A program made the position numbers and the translations under genes. From Candidatus Thalassarchaeum sp. (lineage in GTDB: Archaea > Thermoplasmatota > Poseidoniia > Poseidoniales > Thalassarchaeaceae): DNA of 34,055 nt. The notes below the pieces were generated by a model, which made no database searches, was not told the DNA's origin, and saw only the letters and a list, made by a program, of their open reading frames with translations. The DNA is taken from assembly GCA_022449845.1 (NCBI GenBank), contig JAKUOE010000005.1, positions 1 to 34,055 on the forward strand. Reading direction: 5' to 3'. Below are positions 24,104 through 33,238 of the stretch, one piece after another. Within the stretch, counting starts at the first letter, position 1; each line of letters begins with the position of its first letter.

Positions 24104-24918
24104 CTTCTCTCCTCCTCAACATGTTCTGGTAATGGGGAACTCTCCAGTGCGGAATGGATGTCGGGCATCCAAGCCTGCATGACTGGCACGAGGAGCACAG
24201 GTGTGCCCGTATCATCAACCTGTCCCCCACAAAGTGTTCCCAATGCTCCTCGAAGGCGTGATGCAAGACGCTGGTCTCTTCGTAAACGAAGTTCCTCATT
24301 GAGTACGGATTCCGAACGATACCACCATGCTGCTGCAAGTGCACTGGCCTGAGCGAGACCATGCGCCTTGGCATCATCTCTCTCACAATCGGGTGGCCCC
24401 GTTTGGTGCATGGCCTCACGTAGTGTACGCTTCCAAGCCCGTCCACTGAAGATAGAGCGAGTCAGGTTTCGTAAACGCACCATCTCATCTGCACAATCTT
24501 CGACCCATTCAGTCCATTCTTCATCCTCGGGTTCGACAAAGAATACTGGACGAGTACCTTTGCCCGAGGGGCTCTCAGCTGCCTGCAACAGGCGACGAGG
24601 TTCTGGATCAGGGAAACGACAGGTTTGGATTGACTCGATAGCGGATTGACCCATCATCATTCTCGCCAGTGTTCCACCACTTGCTGAGATAGAATCTCGA
24701 TTAATTCCAGGGGATGCCTTCTCTTGTTCTGCTTGGTCATTCCAAACTTCGGGCTCGTCATCCGGAAGAAGGAAGGCGAGTCCATCCCACTTTCCAACTG
24801 ATCGACGAAGAGAATCCGTCAACACAACGTTGGGCAAGAACGGCCACAGGCGAATGACTCCGCCACAGGGATCCTCCCATTCGACTGGCGACCAACTCAA
24901 GGGCGCCGAATCGGTCAT
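24100..24918 (-). CDS. Hypothetical protein
   Basis: 272-aa ORF with a GAGGTTG SD, tightly packed in the operon; no motif recognised. Confidence 0.8.
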   Translation of the reverse strand: MTDSAPLSWSPVEWEDPCGGVIRLWPFLPNVVLTDSLRRSVGKWDGLAFLLPDDEPEVWNDQAEQEKASPGINRDSISASGGTLARMMMGQSAIESIQTCRFPDPEPRRLLQAAESPSGKGTRPVFFVEPEDEEWTEWVEDCADEMVRLRNLTRSIFSGRAWKRTLREAMHQTGPPDCERDDAKAHGLAQASALAAAWWYRSESVLNEELRLRRDQRLASRLRGALGTLCGGQVDDTGTPVLLVPVMQAWMPDIHSALESSPLPEHVEEERS

Positions 24919-24927
24919 GGTTCAACC

Positions 24928-27900
24928 TCATTCTTGGCTGGCGAGCCACTCTTCGAGTTGCTCAACATTCCAGCCTTGATCGAAGTAGCCCTGAATCGTC
25001 GCCTCATCCCAGAACGGGAATTTCTCCTTGGCGATGTCCATCGGGCTCTTCGCAGCCGCAGGTGGGCCACGTGAAGCACCAGGTGGACCACGTCGGTCAC
25101 CGGCTCGGGTCGCGGGTGGACCCCGACTTCGCATCGGTTCAACGGCCTGGGCGGCTGGGAGGAAATCATCTTCCTCGATGTATTCGAGTTCATCGTCCTC
25201 AACGGTTCGGTTGAGAACGAGCAGTACGATGACGACAGCGACGATGAGGAGGGCAACGATGCCAGCAATACCAACGAGCAGCATGGTGTTCCCACCTTCA
25301 TCACTTTCAGCGAACTTCGCAACATTGAACGAATCGATAGAAGCGATTTCTTGATTATTCATGTCCAAAATAACGTAACTGACATTGATTGCCGCATTCG
25401 GGAATTGATCCATCGAAATTCGCCAACGTGTATCTTCTCCAGGTTGTACACTGAACGGACAAGTGTAAGTGACTGGGGAACTGGCTTCATCGCCAATCCA
25501 TGTCACGATTTGAATCTCCAGAACACCTTCCTTGTTGCCATCATTCTGGAAGTCAATCAACAGATCAAAGTCTGTCTGAGCCATGGGTTTGTCGACCGAC
25601 ATATCGACCCGACTGATGGTGAACTGTGCAGACTCATACGCCAACTCATAGGTACCTGCACCACTGTTGACTGAGGTTCCAAAGGAACCCGCGCCACCGA
25701 TGGTTTGTCCAGATGAATCATAACCAGTCAACCAGAATTTGACAATCACATTGTCCATGTCCTCAGGAATGGGTTGTGTTGAGGGCCATAGATCGAAACA
25801 AGTGGATGTCGCCCGAATCTGACCTTGTGACGATTCAAGGTACAGTGGAGTGCTTTCCCAACCTTCACCGTCTTCAAATGTGTTCAGATATTCAGTCCAG
25901 TTATACTCGAATCCACCGACTTCCTGTGTCTTATAGAACATCCAGTTCAATGAAACAGAATCCGTATCCATGCCTTGTAATTCGTCAATGAGAACCTCTG
26001 CATCGAGACAATTCATGACCGATGAAGAGATGCTCCCTTCTAACGTCTCACCCGTCACAGAATTCGAAAGATCCCACGACCCGAACACTGTGTCAGGCCT
26101 GTCACCATCGACCTTCACGATGAATGAACGCGATGGGGCAGGCGTATTGTCAACTGCACCATTGGGCAGACCGAGCAATTCCAATGTGTAACTGTACTCA
26201 TTGGTAGCATATGCTGCGGGCACCACCAATTGGAAAGAACCGTTCTCAAAGTCGTATTCGTTCACTTCGACCAGTGCGGGTGAATAACCACTGTCGGGCA
26301 AACCAGCTGGATAGAGAGGGGAGCGAGTGACCTGCAGACTGAGAGGAATCTCGGGGCTGACGAAGATCAAATCATTCATCCCTGCGCTGAACACATATCG
26401 GCCTTCAATGACCAAGATGTCGCCTTGATAGACGAAGCCACCAGATGCTGTGCCGACGCCGTCGGTCGGGAACCCGGAGGTGTCCTCAACAGAGAAAGTC
26501 GTTGTATCGAGTTCAATTCCACTCGAGTACGACCATCGCTGTGGATTTCGAGAGGCACTGATGTGGACCTCGTTGTTGTTCAAATCCTTGTCCTTCATTG
26601 CGATATCTGGTGTCTTCACACCACCGACGTAGCCAATGGGTATAGCCCACTCCATTCGAATTGGTACATCGAGGGTGAATTGCTGTTCGAAGGGTGAAAT
26701 CAAGATATTTCCTTCGCGCGTCAGCATGCGTGGTTTGATTCCTGTATTTTCATAATCATCTAGAATTTCAATCCAGGTGCTTTCAGTCCATGCCGTGTCA
26801 TTCTGTGGTGAATAGAACATCTGGATACAACCCTCTGGGTCGTAGGATGCTCCGGCTTCGTTGCAGATTTGTGGATTGAGGGTGATGGTAATCGTCTCAA
26901 CATCCTGCCAACCGTTGTCATCCTTTCCATCGACCAGCAAGTGATACACGTTGCCAGCGTAAAGGGACCGATTGTTTTCATTCAACATCGTGCCATGCGA
27001 ATCCGAGATTCGGAAGGCTTCGACAAGAGGTGTGCGGCTTTCCATCGCAATGTAGGTGACCGTGTCCGCGTTGATTCCAGGTCCACCGCCATCGATTTGA
27101 TTGCCACCGATGTCTGAACCGGAGACGAATAGACTGACCATCTGAGGTGGATCGATTCCACTGTTGGCATAATCACTGATACATTCACACGGATGATCAA
27201 TGAGGTAGTATGAGGTGTCCGCTTCAGTTTGACGTGCAAGGGTCATCTGCGAATACTCGTTCAGTTGTGCTTCTCGGTCCATCTCGCCCGTATCGGGCGC
27301 AACGTATGAGGGTACACCTGGACAGAGGCCGTCGAGTCCACAGTCATCCGATGCCTCGACCCAATAATTGAGGGTCAGAGTCTCGGGGGCGAGAGGTAGG
27401 TCCTGAGCAGCCACTCGGAATTTCTGGTTGTTACTCGCCTTCACCCAAGTGTCGTCAGTGAGTTCTCGCCAATCGCCCTGCACACTGTACACGGAGATAT
27501 TCATCAGATGAGGTGAGAAGGGGTCCAATGTGATTGTGAATCGAATCGCACAGTCACTGTCTGGATTGAAACTCTCAGGAGGACAGAGCAAATCGCCATC
27601 GGTGTAATTGTGAATCAACAATCGATACTGTTCCACACCAGCCTCTGATGCTGGAAGATTTGGTTGCCATGAATAATCGCCATCGATGGTCGCAGGTGTG
27701 GAATCCACAAACAACCAATCTTCAAACATGATTTCGGATTGGTTCCGCTTCTCCAACTTGACCGTGTAACTGTTCGGATTTGGAGCAACATCCAGATCTT
27801 CGTATCGAACATTGAAGTCCAGTGTAATCGTGTTGCTTGAGAAGGCATTGGTCAAATCAGTCTGTTCAACACCACCTTGGTTGAAGAGGGTGAAGTCGGT

Positions 27901-30807
27901 CATTCCTGCGTCATTCTCAACAGCATTGCCGTAATCGGGTTGGATTAGATTCCCCGCAGGCAGACCACTGACACCCGTGTTGGATATCGCGGATGCGTAC
28001 AGGCGCACGTTGGGAGTATCCTCCCATGTGGGGTTGACTCGGAAGCGCCAGTTGAGTTGCTTGGCACCATCATCTCCATCGGTCGCAAGAGATTGCATGT
28101 ACATGAAGTCTAGATTATCATGGACATCGCTCTCTTCCCAGAAGCTGCCGTTGGATGCATCCCATCGCAATTCCATGTTTCCGTTGGCCGTCTCAAACAG
28201 AAGGCTAGCCCCACCCAAGGTTTGACCTGTGGATGCAGCGACAGAGTGCGTGGTCACAATCTCAATGATGTCACCATTCGGGTACATTCCCGTGATTCCA
28301 CCGTCACCATAGGTTGAATCGTAACCACTCGTGGTCGAGATGGATAGAGAGGACAAGGAGATTGAACCACCCGAGCCACCGACGATTCGCATCGGGACAA
28401 TCACGTTTCCAGTGGCGCCTCCACTGCTTGCGAGTGCGACACCTTGATTCAGTTCACGTGCGATATTGTTGGAACCGCTGATTGCACGTTCCCAGTCGTA
28501 AATGATGTCGAGATCACGGAATGTGATACTCCCACCGCCCGAAGACGGTGCGTCGATACTCAAACGGAACAAACACCATTCATTGCCATATTGGTCAATC
28601 CAAGCCACCGGCACCAATGGGTTGTCGAGTAGGCTCTGGATGTTGTCCTGAATCGATGCTAGAGGGCTCTGGGGGTAGGGTATGAGTATAGGACCTTCGT
28701 CGATTGAACCCAGACTCACTTCCTCAGTACCACTGAGAAGAGACAAATCGAAGGCACCGATTCCATTATTCTCAAAATTCAATTCTGCATAATGTACAGT
28801 CGCGCCCTTGGGGAGGAGGAAGGGGGCACCTTGACCTTGATTATTGGTACCGAGACTGATTGTACGATTGGGTGAACCTTCATTCACACCATTGACAACC
28901 CCCGTTCGGAACATGTCCTGGCGACCGAAGCTACCGAACGCTGGATCGGTCATCCCCCATTCGATGTCGCTATCTGCCGCAACATCGAGTGTGATACCAC
29001 GCGAGTGGTGGGCAAAGCGGTATTCAACATGGAATGAGTAAACCTCACACATGGATGTGTAATTCGCCAAAACACCTACCATGAAACTCGGGGCTGAGAG
29101 TTCTGACCACGTATCGTTGGCCAGTTGGATGGAAGACTCATCAGCATTCAGACTCATTCCCATCAAGAAATTGGGACCGCCACAATTGTCCACGATGACG
29201 GGCTTCATGGCAACAACAGGCATTGAGAAATCAGTCCGAACCACAGGATCTGGGGATACGATAGAACCGTCGTGAATCGCCGATGAAATCATCACATACG
29301 AGCCTTCACTCATGGCTGATGTCCATTTATCACCACTGTACATCCCTCCATCCCAGAACACGCCATCCGTGTTGCGGAAATTGGTTCCAATGATTGTACC
29401 CAATTGGAATCCATACAATATCGGAGTCGACAGACGAGCCGAACCAGAACCGAAAGTGAACTTGAAATCAATCAGTGGGTAAGTATCTGCATTGATATCC
29501 CACAATTCGATGAGGCTCCCTTGGAGATTCGTCATCGCGTCACCATTTCGGTCGATGACAACATTCCCTGTTCCTGCCTCAAGCACATCAACACCGAAAT
29601 CAGCCGATGCGGATTTTTGGAGTTCAAGATTGAGGAGGCCGTATCCATCCGGGAACCCAACTTGACCAGAGGATTGAGGGGCAAAGGAACTCATGATGAC
29701 GTGGCCCTGAGCAGGGAGTGGGTCACCGACACGGACGCCATCGATATACCAACCAGCATTCATCATCTCCTCAGGGAATGCACCCTGTCGAGGATTAACT
29801 TCGTGGATGAAGAGCAATTTTACGAAGCGACCAGCATGTGTCGAAAGGTCGATGCGGATGTCAGACCATCCACTTGGAGAGTTGGAAGTGGTCGAACCAT
29901 TTCCTCCGAGGACATAAGCACCGGCGCCAGGGCCATTGGTCCCAAGGTAATCACATCGATTGGTGGGGACTTGGTTGACAGATGTACCCAATTGGTACAT
30001 GCCATCGCCTACAGAGACTCCGGTGGTGGCTCCGACATCGATGGGTGCGAAAACCGCATTCTGGAAATCGACATCGTTCGTAGAATTCTGTACGGCAACA
30101 TAGGCACAATCATCGTAGTAGTACGTTTGTGAACCCTCAGATGCCTCACGGTAGAACAGAGAATGGAAACTCTGGAAGGAAAGATCCGCCTTACCGGGGT
30201 GAACGAAGAAGGAGGCACTGGTGAGAACCATCTCAAATTGGCCATCGGGAAGACTTGCAGTGTAATCTGGATTTTCAAAATCCGTACCCCAACACCAATC
30301 ACCGACTCCACAACCCGTTGATAGAACGTTGTTGTCTTGGTGATCATGTGCCCAATTTGCAATCAGAGGCTGAATTCCTTGATCGGGGCCAGCAGACCAG
30401 CCCTCTGGATTCGCTTCAAAATCAGCGTTGAAACCTTGACTGGTCAGTTTCAGGTATTCTTGGTCTACAGTGAAATCGATTCCAGAAGAGAACTGAGTCA
30501 TCCCTCCATTGTAAAGTGGATTCCAAATCTCACCATTGGCGACCAGTGAACTGTCAATGACCTGAACGTCATCATGTTCAGCATAATCGGTGCCTACAAT
30601 GAAGCCGGCGGCATTGACCGTTTCACCGGCTGGCATACTGATGCCAGCCGTCAAGTCATCGCCCCAAGTTCCTTGATCACGGAGTTCAACATCCACTTCG
30701 GAATCGCCATTTGCAAATGTGCTAATCGTAGCCGCATGAACCAAGGTGGTAGAGAATACCATCAAGCAAATCATGGCCAACGATAGTGTGCGCGTTCGGG
30801 TTATCAT
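24928..30807 (-). CDS. Giant acidic cell-surface protein: signal peptide, beta-rich domains, C-terminal TM anchor and cytoplasmic tail
   Basis: 1959 aa; N-terminal signal peptide (MITRTRTLSLAMICLMVFSTTLVHA); Asp/Gly/Ser/Thr-rich body; CARDB/Ig-like segment (FQNDGNKEG); TM helix; acidic and Pro/Arg tail ending GYFDQGWNVEQLEEWL. Confidence 0.88.
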   Translation of the reverse strand: MITRTRTLSLAMICLMVFSTTLVHAATISTFANGDSEVDVELRDQGTWGDDLTAGISMPAGETVNAAGFIVGTDYAEHDDVQVIDSSLVANGEIWNPLYNGGMTQFSSGIDFTVDQEYLKLTSQGFNADFEANPEGWSAGPDQGIQPLIANWAHDHQDNNVLSTGCGVGDWCWGTDFENPDYTASLPDGQFEMVLTSASFFVHPGKADLSFQSFHSLFYREASEGSQTYYYDDCAYVAVQNSTNDVDFQNAVFAPIDVGATTGVSVGDGMYQLGTSVNQVPTNRCDYLGTNGPGAGAYVLGGNGSTTSNSPSGWSDIRIDLSTHAGRFVKLLFIHEVNPRQGAFPEEMMNAGWYIDGVRVGDPLPAQGHVIMSSFAPQSSGQVGFPDGYGLLNLELQKSASADFGVDVLEAGTGNVVIDRNGDAMTNLQGSLIELWDINADTYPLIDFKFTFGSGSARLSTPILYGFQLGTIIGTNFRNTDGVFWDGGMYSGDKWTSAMSEGSYVMISSAIHDGSIVSPDPVVRTDFSMPVVAMKPVIVDNCGGPNFLMGMSLNADESSIQLANDTWSELSAPSFMVGVLANYTSMCEVYSFHVEYRFAHHSRGITLDVAADSDIEWGMTDPAFGSFGRQDMFRTGVVNGVNEGSPNRTISLGTNNQGQGAPFLLPKGATVHYAELNFENNGIGAFDLSLLSGTEEVSLGSIDEGPILIPYPQSPLASIQDNIQSLLDNPLVPVAWIDQYGNEWCLFRLSIDAPSSGGGSITFRDLDIIYDWERAISGSNNIARELNQGVALASSGGATGNVIVPMRIVGGSGGSISLSSLSISTTSGYDSTYGDGGITGMYPNGDIIEIVTTHSVAASTGQTLGGASLLFETANGNMELRWDASNGSFWEESDVHDNLDFMYMQSLATDGDDGAKQLNWRFRVNPTWEDTPNVRLYASAISNTGVSGLPAGNLIQPDYGNAVENDAGMTDFTLFNQGGVEQTDLTNAFSSNTITLDFNVRYEDLDVAPNPNSYTVKLEKRNQSEIMFEDWLFVDSTPATIDGDYSWQPNLPASEAGVEQYRLLIHNYTDGDLLCPPESFNPDSDCAIRFTITLDPFSPHLMNISVYSVQGDWRELTDDTWVKASNNQKFRVAAQDLPLAPETLTLNYWVEASDDCGLDGLCPGVPSYVAPDTGEMDREAQLNEYSQMTLARQTEADTSYYLIDHPCECISDYANSGIDPPQMVSLFVSGSDIGGNQIDGGGPGINADTVTYIAMESRTPLVEAFRISDSHGTMLNENNRSLYAGNVYHLLVDGKDDNGWQDVETITITLNPQICNEAGASYDPEGCIQMFYSPQNDTAWTESTWIEILDDYENTGIKPRMLTREGNILISPFEQQFTLDVPIRMEWAIPIGYVGGVKTPDIAMKDKDLNNNEVHISASRNPQRWSYSSGIELDTTTFSVEDTSGFPTDGVGTASGGFVYQGDILVIEGRYVFSAGMNDLIFVSPEIPLSLQVTRSPLYPAGLPDSGYSPALVEVNEYDFENGSFQLVVPAAYATNEYSYTLELLGLPNGAVDNTPAPSRSFIVKVDGDRPDTVFGSWDLSNSVTGETLEGSISSSVMNCLDAEVLIDELQGMDTDSVSLNWMFYKTQEVGGFEYNWTEYLNTFEDGEGWESTPLYLESSQGQIRATSTCFDLWPSTQPIPEDMDNVIVKFWLTGYDSSGQTIGGAGSFGTSVNSGAGTYELAYESAQFTISRVDMSVDKPMAQTDFDLLIDFQNDGNKEGVLEIQIVTWIGDEASSPVTYTCPFSVQPGEDTRWRISMDQFPNAAINVSYVILDMNNQEIASIDSFNVAKFAESDEGGNTMLLVGIAGIVALLIVAVVIVLLVLNRTVEDDELEYIEEDDFLPAAQAVEPMRSRGPPATRAGDRRGPPGASRGPPAAAKSPMDIAKEKFPFWDEATIQGYFDQGWNVEQLEEWLASQE

Positions 30808-30889
30808 ATCATGTCACATCCAAGACGAACCACATAGTGGTTCTACGCTGTCCACTCAAGGCCCGCATATAACACCCATCATTCGCTGG

Positions 30890-30909
30890 TTGGCCCCATA
30901 GGGGGCCAA
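30890..30909. terminator. Inverted repeat just downstream of the thiI-like stop codon
   Basis: TTGGCCCC-ATAG-GGGGCCAA, a perfect 8-bp stem; terminator function is inferred. Confidence 0.45.
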
Positions 30910-30916
30910 AATAGAC

Positions 30917-31582
30917 TCAAACAGTGTTCAATGAACGGATTCTCAATGATTTGAGGCAATCTTCAACCAAGCCATCGAGTCCGCCTTGAGTGTTCTCATT
31001 GCGGCGTAGGCGATTCAAGTCTGCAACCGTCGTGGGGCGATCAGGACCGAGGGCGTCACACAGTTCTGGGCCCGCGGCAATGTCGTACGTACCAAGTTCA
31101 CGTGCTTCATCGATAATCTCTTGCTTGTCCAATCCAAGTAATGGGCGAAGGATTCGCAAGTGACTCGCTTCCTCAACTGCTCCGAGGTTTCCGAGAGTCT
31201 GACTGCTCACTTGACCAAGGTTTTCACCCGTAAGAATCGCAGTTGCACCGACTTCAGTGGCTAGGGCGCAGCCAATGGCATTGAACAGGCGTTTCATGTG
31301 AACAAAATAGTCGCGGTGTGCTTCCGGTTCTGTAAACTTGGCCAGCGTCTCCCCGACGGTGACGACACGGAGATTCGAATCGATGGAATCGGTCTCCTCA
31401 AGATGGGTAATCAAATGAGATAGGCTGGCCGCGGTCTTGTCCTCAGCCTCACTGCCGGTGATGGGTTCCTGAGAACAGTGTACAGGCACAATATGCCAAC
31501 CGGATCGGGCCATGCGTGCAACGGCAACTGGAGAATCGATGCCCCCGGAAACCAGAGCGATGCAGATCTGTGCATTGGCCAT
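30917..31582 (-). CDS. thiI: ThiI-like PP-loop sulfurtransferase, catalytic domain only
   Basis: SGGIDSPVA PP-loop, TGENLGQVSSQTLGNL and LRPLLGLDKQEII; only 221 aa, with no THUMP or rhodanese domain. Confidence 0.8.
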   Translation of the reverse strand: MANAQICIALVSGGIDSPVAVARMARSGWHIVPVHCSQEPITGSEAEDKTAASLSHLITHLEETDSIDSNLRVVTVGETLAKFTEPEAHRDYFVHMKRLFNAIGCALATEVGATAILTGENLGQVSSQTLGNLGAVEEASHLRILRPLLGLDKQEIIDEARELGTYDIAAGPELCDALGPDRPTTVADLNRLRRNENTQGGLDGLVEDCLKSLRIRSLNTV

Positions 31583-31681
31583 GATGCTGCGTATGGCTTG
31601 ACCTCCATAATGGGATGGGTTGGAGGAAACAAGGTGACAGGCTCAAGAGGGAGGGGCGCAGCCCAATACTCGGAGAGAGAC

Positions 31682-32137
31682 ATGTCCGGCCCCTATTCAA
31701 CCGAACCTGTGACCAAGATTGACGAGGTTTTTCCCCAAGATACGAATGCCTACAACACACTCTTTGGTGGGCGATTGATGAGTATCATGGATACAGCCGC
31801 AGGAATGGTTTCCAGCAAATTTGCACACCGAGAATTCGTCACTGTTTCTGTGGACGCCTTGAAATTCAAGCGCCCGGCGTACCAAGGAGACCTCATCGAA
31901 ACCACGGCCCGCGTTGTTCACACGAGTACGCATACTGCAGGCGTACACGTGGTTGCAAAGAGACTGAATCGCAGTGAGTGGGTGACGGAGGAGATCTGCT
32001 CAGGATTCTTCTTCATGGTCGCCATCGATTCACAAATGCGACCAATCCCTATCCCTCAATTCACACCGGAAAGTGAGGAAGAGCAGAAGATGTGGGCTCG
32101 TGCTCAAGCAGCTAGAGACGCCATGAAGGCAGACTGA
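31682..32137 (+). CDS. Acyl-CoA thioesterase, hotdog fold (YciA-like)
   Basis: VFPQDTNAYNTLFGGRLMSIMD, VTVSVD, FKRP and FFMVAID; start at ATG 31682 after GGAGAG. Confidence 0.92.
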   Translation: MSGPYSTEPVTKIDEVFPQDTNAYNTLFGGRLMSIMDTAAGMVSSKFAHREFVTVSVDALKFKRPAYQGDLIETTARVVHTSTHTAGVHVVAKRLNRSEWVTEEICSGFFFMVAIDSQMRPIPIPQFTPESEEEQKMWARAQAARDAMKAD

Positions 32138-32171
32138 ACGAAATCCACATTGAACAGTAGGCGGTCGGCAA

Positions 32172-33155
32172 ATGCCAGTATTGAACGTCGCCTTCGTTGG
32201 TTCAGAAGAGATGGCCAGAACATTGGCAAAGAAAGGGGATGTGCGAGATATCGAATCCTATGTTCACAAGGAAATCATTGATGGTCAAACACGAATCTTC
32301 TCGTTGTTGAGACCATTGCGACACCCTGAGAGGCTGCGACCTTTGTTGAGTGTACTCAATGTGGCCAAAGCGGGAATTGTCGAGATATCCAGGGTCGATG
32401 CGGCTCTTGGAGAAGTTTTGGTTGCTTTCGGGTCCGCGAATATTCAAGACGGGCACGCCATAATTTCTCCAGATGAAGGAGAATGGATTGACCCGCAACA
32501 GGTGAGAATGATTCTCGACCAAGCCGGACTTGAGAAATGGAATCTACACGAAGAGATTCCAGACGAGCATACCCTTCGTGATTCCTTGCTGTCAAATCTA
32601 CAGACAGGCGCGGAAAATGCACCACTCGTCATCCCAATCGATCAGCATTTCAATGTCAAAGGGGTTGGATTGGTGGCGATTGGGTACGTGCAAGCAGGAA
32701 CTGTGTCCAAACATGATGAGATTCACGTTCTCCCGGCTCAAGAAAATGGAATTGCACGAAGTCTCCAAGTCATGGATGACGATGTCGAACAGAGTATCGC
32801 GGGTGATCGGGTCGGTGTTGCACTCCGAAATCTGAGAGAAGAGGCCCTCCATCGTGGATGCATCCTGACCCATATTGATGCAGGGGCGCTCACTCGCCAC
32901 AATCACTCAACATTCATGCTTCAGAGGGCCCCGTTTCAAAAGCGTGAACTATCGAAAGGGGACATCGTTCATGCGGCTGTCGACCTGCAGTTCCAAGTCG
33001 GACGGATTGTCGGAATCGATGGAGGCAATTTCACAGTTGAATGGGAACAACCCCTCTGGATACAGAATCGTGACTCTGCGCCAGTAATCATCGCCCAATT
33101 GGATGCGGAGAATATGCGAATAATGGGTGTTGCCCACAGCATCGCGCCCGCGTGA
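32172..33155 (+). CDS. Archaeal SelB-like / EF-Tu domain II protein with a degenerate G domain
   Basis: IDQHFNVKGVGLVAIGYV, RSLQVMDDDV and AGDRVGVALRN; no intact GxxxxGK P-loop. Confidence 0.85.
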   Translation: MPVLNVAFVGSEEMARTLAKKGDVRDIESYVHKEIIDGQTRIFSLLRPLRHPERLRPLLSVLNVAKAGIVEISRVDAALGEVLVAFGSANIQDGHAIISPDEGEWIDPQQVRMILDQAGLEKWNLHEEIPDEHTLRDSLLSNLQTGAENAPLVIPIDQHFNVKGVGLVAIGYVQAGTVSKHDEIHVLPAQENGIARSLQVMDDDVEQSIAGDRVGVALRNLREEALHRGCILTHIDAGALTRHNHSTFMLQRAPFQKRELSKGDIVHAAVDLQFQVGRIVGIDGGNFTVEWEQPLWIQNRDSAPVIIAQLDAENMRIMGVAHSIAPA

Positions 33156-33238
33156 GGAGATGGGCCCGAAACTGTGGGTCTAATGGTGAAGATTGGAGAT
33201 AAACTGTATAAGCAGCAGTTAGCGCTGCACTATTTGGG

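Noticed and set aside
29404-30132. 242-aa plus-strand ORF and other short antisense or alternative-frame ORFs inside long genes
   Set aside because: They lie wholly within well-supported genes and show no recognisable domains.
31478-31681. N-terminal 68-aa extension of the thioesterase ORF
   Set aside because: It overlaps the divergent thiI-like gene; ATG 31682 has an SD and gives a typical hotdog thioesterase length.
31682-32137. Hotdog thioesterase as the PKS release enzyme
   Set aside because: It is 9 kb away on the opposite strand and paired with the SelB-like gene; this common family gives no sequence evidence for a link.
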